Virus record (IMG/VR): IMGVR_UViG_3300032270_000355
Source: an uncultured virus (IMG/VR IMGVR_UViG_3300032270_000355)
Lineage: Duplodnaviria > Heunggongvirae > Uroviricota > Caudoviricetes
Strand: one strand, 5' to 3'
DNA length: 64,000 nucleotides
Shown one piece after another: positions 38,510-46,600 of this stretch. Within the stretch, counting starts at the first letter, position 1. Each line of letters begins with the position of its first letter. The position numbers and the translations under genes are program-made. Under the pieces are notes generated by a model, which saw only the letters and a program-made list of their open reading frames with translations, was not told where the DNA came from and did no database searches.

Positions 38510-39457
38510 TTAATGAGACTTAATGCTCTTGACTAATCCATCACTAAAGGAAGCCTCAAATCTATCATGGAGAGGAGTCAATAGATCTTGCATCTTTTTC
38601 TGTTCAGATTTAGACATAGAGATAACTTCAACTTTTTCAGCTTTACATTGATCTAAAATATTTGGAATATCTGCAACAGATTCTTTACGTTCTGCCTTTG
38701 CTGCATTAAATGCTGCTTCAGACATGATCTGTTTAGTTTCATCGTCAAACTGATTGAAGAAAGCCTCATTGACAATGATAGAAGTCAAGAACAAACTGTG
38801 TGCAGTATCATTAACATACTTGAAAGATTTGTTTTGTTGTAGTGGGAAAATACGAACATAAGTTGATTCACCTGCATCGATGTTTCCACGATCGGCTTGT
38901 TCATTCATTTGTTCTAATTCGATATTAGGATTTGCAATTGCACCAAGTGTTTCGAAAGTTGCTTGGGCTACTGGGCTAGAACTAATTCTAACTTTTTTAC
39001 CCTTCCAAGATTCAATCGTATCTGCTTTAAAATTAGCAGGAACAACACGATATCCACCAGAATATGTAAATGCCATTGCTTTGATCTGAGAGTTTTTCTC
39101 AACGCCAGCTAACAAATCAGCACCGATTGGACCATCAAGAATAGCATCAGCATGATCGTGATCTCTAAACAAAAATGGTAAATCTAAAACATTAAGATCT
39201 GGATTAATATCTGCGAGCCAAGTTGTATAGATGTGACCCATCTCAACTTGTCCAGAACCAACTAAATCCATCATAGATCGTTTTGTTAGTTGTTTACCGA
39301 AGTTGTACTTTTGAGAATACTCAGTCAATGAGAGGATCTCAACATTAAATTTTCCATTAGTTCTCTCATTAACTTCTTTGGAAAATGCTTCGGCTACCTT
39401 CAAAAATAAACCAATAGGCTCATGAGCAATAACCCATTTTATATTTTTAACTGTCAT
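38510..39457 (-). CDS. TRAP transporter solute-binding protein (DctP family), no signal peptide
   Basis: FSKEVNERTNGKFNVEI, GQVEMG, VLDLPFLFRDHDHA, GKKVR, FETLGA, GNIDAGES, TAHS; GGAG SD before the ATG. Confidence 0.85.
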   Translation of the reverse strand: MTVKNIKWVIAHEPIGLFLKVAEAFSKEVNERTNGKFNVEILSLTEYSQKYNFGKQLTKRSMMDLVGSGQVEMGHIYTTWLADINPDLNVLDLPFLFRDHDHADAILDGPIGADLLAGVEKNSQIKAMAFTYSGGYRVVPANFKADTIESWKGKKVRISSSPVAQATFETLGAIANPNIELEQMNEQADRGNIDAGESTYVRIFPLQQNKSFKYVNDTAHSLFLTSIIVNEAFFNQFDDETKQIMSEAAFNAAKAERKESVADIPNILDQCKAEKVEVISMSKSEQKKMQDLLTPLHDRFEASFSDGLVKSIKSH

Positions 39458-39761
39458 TTTTTAGTTCTCCTAATTTGCTGGTATCAAAAGACCAGACTTG
39501 TGTTTGGTTCTGAAAATTTAAGGTTCTTTTCAAGAAAGCCACCTTATTATTTATAAGATCTGTAATTGTATTTAGGTCAATCTCATCTTTATTTATAACA
39601 GATTGTAGTGGTATTAGACTGTCTCTGTATCCATATTCTTTGGTATTACTATCAAATTCAAATACTTCTTTGACTGTATAGTGTTCAGTAGAACCATTAA
39701 ACCCTACAATTCGTGGAAACTGATTCATTTCTAACACATAACCTTTGAAGAAACTACTCAT
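39447..39761 (-). CDS. Hypothetical protein (104 aa)
   Basis: Overlaps both neighbours (ATGA with the radical SAM gene), consistent with operon membership. Confidence 0.65.
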   Translation of the reverse strand: MSSFFKGYVLEMNQFPRIVGFNGSTEHYTVKEVFEFDSNTKEYGYRDSLIPLQSVINKDEIDLNTITDLINNKVAFLKRTLNFQNQTQVWSFDTSKLGELKNDS

Positions 39762-41149
39762 GCTGCCACCGCTATAGGTATAATCTTTTTAGGTTTTCTA
39801 ACCTTTTCTGGTTTACCCTTAACCCACCAGAAAATGTCTTTACGATCTTCTCTTAGAGAACCTTCGATGTATTCAGGAATACAACCAGTCAACTCTTCAA
39901 TTGCGATACAGAATGGAACGATGTTATCACTGAATGCATTATCACAAGAGGCATCCCATAGTGGACCAGTTAAGAACATACATGCACCTTTGCAAATATG
40001 AATAACAGGACACTTTGGGCATTCTGTTCTATCAGACCAGTGAGTGGCTGAATCTAATCTAGATGAAGATAGATCAGATATATGTCCAAGTTTATGCGAT
40101 ATACCTGCGGGGTTTGTAGAAACTGGGCTAACATTCTGACATGTCAGAATATTGCCATTTAAGTCTAATGCTATATTATCTGACTTGTCCATACCACATT
40201 TCTGACCAAGAGATTCAATTCTAATACCACGGGACAGTGAATCGATAAATCCACCGACTTTCTGACCGATAACTCCAAACCTAGTCACTGTACCATTACG
40301 TAACTCTTCTAATGCTTTATTTCGATATAAAATATCTTCTTCACCATCTAGCAAAGAATTTGCTAACCCACCCTCATCATAAGCATCAACAAAAGCACCT
40401 TCGCCTATTGTTAAGAACTGTTTATATTTCTCACCGATTTCAGTGTCAACAAAATTGAAGAAGAATTTTTCAATTTCAGCACGACTAGTATTCTTAGAGT
40501 TAATCATAGAATTAAAACTAAACATACGTTTTGGTGCAAGTCTTTTATAAAGATCTATAATACCTTCTTTAGATTTTGGATCATCTAAAGGATCTGGTCC
40601 ACGAACTGATTGCCCTGGACCATCATGCGAAACAGCCACACCAAAATTATATCTTTCTAACCACTCATTTTTTTCTATGTCCAATAAACTACCATTTGTA
40701 ATTACTGACATGCGAGCATTTGGGTATTTTTTATTAAGTGCTTCTGCGAGAGGCTTCATTGTTTTCCAATAAACAAATGGTTCGCCACCCCAAAACTCAA
40801 AGTTTGTATCTTTACCAAATCCATCAGACCCACCTTCATACCATGAGTCCATATTCAATACAAATGGATCTACATCGTTTGGATTAGTTTCATCTGCATG
40901 TGGTACGAATCTTTGATTGCAATAATCGCACTCAAAGTTACATGAAAGACCCAGTTGAATCTTAACAGTTTTTAAATCTTTTTTACCATGCTCAATCTTT
41001 GCAGGAGAAACAACATCAGGTTGTGTTTGAACATCTGTAATAACATTGGATCCATCTTCCCATGTTAATGTGCTAAGAGAACTATTGTAAAATAATTTCT
41101 TAGTTATTTGGTCCTTTGGACTCCATGCTGAAATTTCAAAAGTTGACAT
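39758..41149 (-). CDS. Radical SAM enzyme with C-terminal SPASM domain
   Basis: CNFECDYC (CX3CX2C), FWGGEP, ITNGSLL, VSHDGP; SPASM CGMD...DLNGNILTC...CPKCPVIHICKGAC...C; GAGG SD before ATG 41149. Confidence 0.93.
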   Translation of the reverse strand: MSTFEISAWSPKDQITKKLFYNSSLSTLTWEDGSNVITDVQTQPDVVSPAKIEHGKKDLKTVKIQLGLSCNFECDYCNQRFVPHADETNPNDVDPFVLNMDSWYEGGSDGFGKDTNFEFWGGEPFVYWKTMKPLAEALNKKYPNARMSVITNGSLLDIEKNEWLERYNFGVAVSHDGPGQSVRGPDPLDDPKSKEGIIDLYKRLAPKRMFSFNSMINSKNTSRAEIEKFFFNFVDTEIGEKYKQFLTIGEGAFVDAYDEGGLANSLLDGEEDILYRNKALEELRNGTVTRFGVIGQKVGGFIDSLSRGIRIESLGQKCGMDKSDNIALDLNGNILTCQNVSPVSTNPAGISHKLGHISDLSSSRLDSATHWSDRTECPKCPVIHICKGACMFLTGPLWDASCDNAFSDNIVPFCIAIEELTGCIPEYIEGSLREDRKDIFWWVKGKPEKVRKPKKIIPIAVAA

Positions 41150-41168
41150 ACTATCCCTCAAAATAAAT

Positions 41169-41201
41169 TATCCTATCAGAGTATTTATCTCCGATAGGAT
41201 A
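41169..41201 (-). promoter_or_regulatory. Late promoter GATAAATA located in the loop of a 13-bp hairpin upstream of the radical SAM gene
   Basis: Minus strand TATCCTATCGGAG-ATAAATA-CTCTGATAGGATA, followed by ATTTATTTT. Confidence 0.65.
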
Positions 41202-41218
41202 TGTTCAAAATATAAATT

Positions 41219-42142
41219 TTATAATACTTTAGTGAATTCTGTTGCATTAGTCCAATATTTAAAACCAAGTTTAACTTTAACTACATCACCTGTATCCATA
41301 CCAGTTGTAACTACCTTAAAAGATCCAGCACCATTAGTTACTGGAATTTTTAGTTTCGGTAGATAACCTTGAGACTGAACCAAAAAAATGTTATTCATTT
41401 TTGAATCTGTTGTAAAATTAACTGTAACTATATCACCCGATACTGTTGAAGAAGTTACAGTTATTTTTGGAATAAGATAGTCTTTCACCAACATTACAAC
41501 AGGATCATCTGGATGTTTAGTTAAATTACCTGTAACAGTTACTCTATGATCACCTTGTGGTTTTGGTACCATACCAGTTAATGCCATTTCTGGTAAAATT
41601 GAATCATAATCAGGATCTGTACTAACTATAGGTCTAATAATTGCAACTATAATATCTTCAGCAGTTGGATTATCTTTAGTTGACCAAAATACTATTAAAG
41701 ATTGGTTTCCAAAAATAGTAAACTGTTTAGCTGGTAAAGTCAATGCTAGTGAATTTACTAAATTTTGTTTGGTGATAATTCGTTCATCTGCATCACCTGA
41801 CGTGTTTAGATTTTTTAAAACTTCTTCATCTTTAATATACCAAAGTGTGCATGCTTCAGCATCACTAAAATGTGCCATATCTATAGAAAAATTATTAATT
41901 ATTCTATTATTTTCAGTCACATTAATAAACTTAACCTTTAAGATATTATTAGTTAAATTCAAATCCCACTTAAAATCAAATGGTAATTCATCTGTAGTAT
42001 AAGAACTTCCATCTAAGGGACTAGTTGAAGTTGCAGTTTCTGGAGCCAGTTTCTGAACAGTTGGAGCGAAATGGTAGTCGATAGCATTAAGACTTGCGTC
42101 TGTATATCTACCTCTATGTTGTTTCTTTGTAATATATAACAT
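41219..42142 (-). CDS. Hypothetical protein, C-terminal beta-sandwich-like region
   Basis: 307 aa; C-terminal GYLPKLKIPVTNGAGSFKVVTTGMDTGDVVKVKLGFKYW; lies between the fibre and the radical SAM gene. Confidence 0.7.
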   Translation of the reverse strand: MLYITKKQHRGRYTDASLNAIDYHFAPTVQKLAPETATSTSPLDGSSYTTDELPFDFKWDLNLTNNILKVKFINVTENNRIINNFSIDMAHFSDAEACTLWYIKDEEVLKNLNTSGDADERIITKQNLVNSLALTLPAKQFTIFGNQSLIVFWSTKDNPTAEDIIVAIIRPIVSTDPDYDSILPEMALTGMVPKPQGDHRVTVTGNLTKHPDDPVVMLVKDYLIPKITVTSSTVSGDIVTVNFTTDSKMNNIFLVQSQGYLPKLKIPVTNGAGSFKVVTTGMDTGDVVKVKLGFKYWTNATEFTKVL

Positions 42143-42155
42143 TTAATAATTTTCC

Positions 42156-43367
42156 TTAGCAGTTACAATTGCAGTTGCTACAATTATAATTATGGTGGTG
42201 AGGATCAAAGTGATGGCTGTTATCTAAGTGCATGCGTTGTAGACAATTGATCGTATGCTGTCCGCAGTTACCTTGACTTGAGTGACCAGCATTACGACCC
42301 CAACTAGTTGCGATGTTGGGGTTAGCATGTTTAGTATTATGTGGAACCCAACCACCATAGTTACCTAAGTCATTGGCAAATTGAGATAAGTGGTGTGGAC
42401 GACCTTGAACCTGAGACCATGGAGTATACTGAGCATGGTGTGAGAACTGAGAAGTATGTGCAGCATGTGCGTTGCTGGTAGACGCAGAAGAACCAGCAAT
42501 ATTAGAAACAATAACCGCACCAGTATTACCCTGAACAGAAGTAACAGGAACTGAAACGATTACGTTACCTGTATTACCCTGAACAGACAATACGTTTGCG
42601 GAGATAGTTGGGTTACCAGAAACGCCATCGCCGTTAGAAACAGAGATACCTGAACCAGCTGCAATTGATCTATTAACAGCAGTACCAGCACCAGTACGAA
42701 TATAAAGTCCATTACCAGCAACACCTGCAAGTGCAGCTAAGTTTGCCGCATAAGCCTGAACATCAGAGCCAATCGTTAAACCAAGTGTACCACGAGCAGT
42801 AGATGCATCAGCGTCATCGATAAGAGTACGACCATATGCAGAAAGAGTTGTAGTAGAAGCAGTACCCGCACCAGTAAAGTAAGGTAGTGCATTTGCTGCA
42901 GAAGTGGTAGAAGCCAACGCAGCTAGTTCACCATCATAAGCCTGAACATCAGAGCCGATTGCCAAACCTAAGTTAGATCTAGCAGATGCAGCAGTAGTAG
43001 CACCAGTACCACCACCAGCGATAGCCACTGTATAATTCAAGCTGGAAGCGATAGTCGCTGTGCCAGTTAACGCTGCAGTAATAGTACCAGCGGAGAAGTT
43101 ACCAGAAGCGTCACGAACAACAACAGTAGATGCTGTATTTGCTGAAGCAGTAGTCAGTCCATCAAGCAAGTCAGCGTCTAGACCAGATCCAGCACCATCA
43201 ACAGTAATTAGTTTGGCTAGAACATCAGCTGCGGTATAGCTGGCTGCAGTTAAACCAGTCGCAATGGCTGTGTTTAAGTTATTAAAGTTATTATCGACTT
43301 CTGTATTCGTAAGAGGACTACCCTTAGTCGATCTTAGCGTAATAGATGCGGATGTAATATTTGGCAT
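42156..43367 (-). CDS. Tail-fibre-like protein with His-rich, Asn-Cys-repeat C-terminus
   Basis: N-anchor [18 protein letters not shown]; fibre motifs [39 protein letters not shown] x2, SVQGNTG x2; ends [14 protein letters not shown]. Confidence 0.8.
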   Translation of the reverse strand: MPNITSASITLRSTKGSPLTNTEVDNNFNNLNTAIATGLTAASYTAADVLAKLITVDGAGSGLDADLLDGLTTASANTASTVVVRDASGNFSAGTITAALTGTATIASSLNYTVAIAGGGTGATTAASARSNLGLAIGSDVQAYDGELAALASTTSAANALPYFTGAGTASTTTLSAYGRTLIDDADASTARGTLGLTIGSDVQAYAANLAALAGVAGNGLYIRTGAGTAVNRSIAAGSGISVSNGDGVSGNPTISANVLSVQGNTGNVIVSVPVTSVQGNTGAVIVSNIAGSSASTSNAHAAHTSQFSHHAQYTPWSQVQGRPHHLSQFANDLGNYGGWVPHNTKHANPNIATSWGRNAGHSSQGNCGQHTINCLQRMHLDNSHHFDPHHHNYNCSNCNCNC

Positions 43368-43381
43368 TTAAGTTTCCTTAG

Positions 43382-43639
43382 TCAATCTTTTTTGTGCAAA
43401 AGCTGTAAAATAAGAGATTTTATGTCTTGCAGTTCGTTCTTCAATATATTTATGTCTTGCAGTTCGTTCTTCAATATATTTATGTCTTCTGTATGTTGAG
43501 AAATCTCTAACTCTCTCTGCTCAGCCATCTTTTTTCTGCTCATATAGGTTTCATATTCTGTTCTATTAGTATTTATAATGGCTCCAGTAGAGGTATCTCT
43601 AACTAAGCCATCATGTCCTTGAACTTTCAAATAATTCAT
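43382..43639 (-). CDS. Small coiled-coil protein typical of this position in T4-like phages
   Basis: MNYLKVQGHDGLVRDTSTGAIINTN...; real start most likely ATG 43639, just after the DUF4815 stop. Confidence 0.75.
   Translation of the reverse strand: MNYLKVQGHDGLVRDTSTGAIINTNRTEYETYMSRKKMAEQRELEISQHTEDINILKNELQDINILKNELQDIKSLILQLLHKKD
43419..43488. repeat. Perfect 30-bp tandem duplication (about 2.3 copies)
   Basis: TATGTCTTGCAGTTCGTTCTTCAATATATT at 43421 and 43451; encodes DINILKNELQ twice. Confidence 0.95.
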
Positions 43640-43640
43640 T

Positions 43641-46600
43641 TTATGCGCAGGCAATAACCCTAAAGTCTTTAATAATAGGAGTAGCAGAAGTATTAGCGGA
43701 CTGCATAACGATTTTAACTGCAATAGTATCGAATGGTGTCATATTGTTCATAGTATAGTCTACATCAGAGAATGCATAGTTTCCATTGTCGACTTTAATT
43801 ATCCCATTATTATCAGCGGAGGCTAGCGTATATCTAATAGTATCTAACTGTTTACTATCACCAAGACAAGTCTTATAGTAAACTTTGATATCAGCTTCAT
43901 TCGGGCAATTAACTCCAAGTTTAATTCTCACGAAACTAGAAGAATTTGCAAATTTAATAGGTGTTGTTACATACTTACTTAGCGAACTTCCTCCACGTGG
44001 GGCGATTTCATCGTAGAATAATTCTCTAACTGCAACATAGATTGCAGCAGAAGTCACTGTTTCTGCAGTGAATACAGTCCCAGAAACAGAATCTACATAA
44101 ACAGTTCCAGTAGTACCATTATCGCCATAACCAGTAACTATCCATGTTCCATTATTAGCTGAATTAGAAGAACCACCAGTAGTTAAGTATCTACCAATTC
44201 CCAAACCAGCCATTAATCCTCTAACAGTCGCATCAGTAGAAGTTATAGAAGATGCACTTCCAACCCACTGTAGAGTTGCTGTGCCATTTGTTGCCACACC
44301 ATATGTGTGGGTAGGTGCACTGACACTAGCAGTTCCTCCTACAGTACATAGGTAAAGTTTATTTCCATAATAGTACTGTGTTCCTTGAGTTAAGGATTGA
44401 GAGCCTGATAAAGTTAATAGAGTTCCAGTAATAGCATAGTTATATGATCCACCAGTAACTGCTACTGCCACACCACTATTTGGAACACCAGTAATAGTTC
44501 CAGCTGCTCCAGCAAACATTATTTTTGTATCTAAAGAAGCCACATTTGTATTAGATTCAGTAGGATAATTTAATTTATTTGAAACTAATACTGCACTAGA
44601 ACGAGCAGTATCGATAACAGGAGAAACTGCATTGTTTGTAGTAGAAATCTGACACAACAATTGTAGAGATTTTTCTCCACTCATATAAGTGTTTTCATTA
44701 ACCTCAGAAGCAACAACTCTTGTTTTGTCCCAAATGTTGTCAATATCAACTACAACTGGAGAATAAGAAGTATCTATAACATATGATGTTTGTGCTCCAT
44801 CAGGTGATGTTCCTGATGTTGTTTTCATAGAGAATTTTGCTAATGATTCACCGAAAGTTTGCATCTGCAAAGTTGGTTTAATTAAATCATATGCAATATT
44901 TCTAGAAGCCTTTAGTAAGTTACCACCAGAATAACCAGTAGAAGTAGCAACTGTACTAGTAGTTATTGTATAGCAATGAGCATCTACGTTAGCAATAACT
45001 TTAGTCGTATTAATTTCAGCGAATGGGATTCCATTAATATTAGAAGTCAATCCACTAAGTTGAACACTAGAACCAGAAGACATACCATGGTTAGGATGCC
45101 AAATTCTAATAACATTAGATCCAGTAACAGTTTGGATTGGGTTATTTTTCAATTGGTCATGAGGTAAAACATTATTCGTCATAACAATAGCACCAACCGT
45201 ATTTGTAGCAAATACAGCACGATGTATTGTAAATTTAATATCTTGATTTTGATCTGGTGTCCATGTAGAAGCATTCTGAGATTTGAACATTACACCAGCA
45301 TATGGTTGTTCAGAAATAGTTCTACTTGTTCCTGGGATGACATCACCCATATTAGAAATCCAAACTCTGTAATCATTTGAATCAGACTGAATAACAAATG
45401 CATACTCTTTACTGTCTTCTACGAAGACAGGAGATTCGAATGTGAATTTTGTTGCTGTGTTATAGTCTGCATAAGAATTACCATCAGGCAGAGCAACAGA
45501 TGTATATCCTGATGCTTCTGCAGTAGTTCCAGAAACAGGAGCATTAACCAAATCTGGATTTAAAGTTACACTACTGAATGGAAGAACCTGATGTGTTGGA
45601 TTACCGTTAACCATCTCACGAATATGAACAGTTACTGGAACATTTGCAGATTTAGTTGCAAAGAATAAATCAATACTTGTTAAGAATGCACCACCTCTTG
45701 ATTCTACATAAAATGATTGTGCAAGTGGATCTGTCCATGCTGGTGTTAAATCAGCAATAAGTCTGGTAGAAGTAGAACTACCACTTCTATTAACGACCTC
45801 ATAAGTATTAGGATCGCCAGCACGAGGATTAATCTGTTCTTGAACAATAGTAGAATTTCTAACAGCATTAACTATACCCTGAACAGTTTGAAGTGTTCCA
45901 GTGGCTTCATAAGTGCCGATTCCACGAGAAGTATAATTTCCTGTAGAAGTTGCAGAATCCATTAGTTTTAATGTAGACTTACCAGTACGGAAACGAACAG
46001 ATTCAGTATTTGGTATATTAAACAAGAAGTTTAATTCACCTGATTGATTTGTAGTTAATGTAGTATTAGTTGTTACCGAAACTACAGTTCCTGTTTGATT
46101 ACTAATAGATCCAGTAAATGTATTGCCTGAACTAAATGTTCCGATAATATTAACTAAATCAAGCGCATAAGATGTAGTACCATCATCATTATGTATTAAA
46201 TATTTACCAACAACTACTGCTGATGCAGAATTGTCTGATTTTGTTATTACGTCACCACGTGTTAAACAAACTTGTACGTCTGTACCGATTCTTCTTTTAA
46301 TGTCTGTGCTAGATCCACCGACATTAGTTGACGTATTCCAAAGTTTATGGTTTGCTGCTTTTAGACTTTCAGTAGAACCTGTTGGAGTATACACCAGTTT
46401 AGTAGTTGGAGTACAGTATGAATTTATATCAACTTCATTAAAATAAGCATAAAAGCGAGTAGATGGCTTTAATTGTTTGGATTGAACTAATACAAAACGT
46501 GATCGTACATAAGGAACGATAGAAGTTGATACTGTTCTATCACCAACTGACTCATAATCTGTTTTTGCTACTATAGAAGTTTTAGTACCATTTCTTGACT

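Noticed and set aside
42156..42467. Intein or intramolecular chaperone at the fibre C-terminus (His-Asn/Cys-like motifs)
   Set aside because: No intein N-terminal block or Hint-sized domain, and no S74-type SDxRLK cleavage motif
43419..43488. CRISPR-like repeat
   Set aside because: The copies are directly adjacent with no spacers and lie in frame within a CDS
43641..43723. Upstream extension of the 43382 ORF (and similar TTG/GTG extensions at 6126, 13102, 41161)
   Set aside because: The extensions overlap neighbouring genes or SD sequences; downstream ATGs with SD or stop-start coupling fit better
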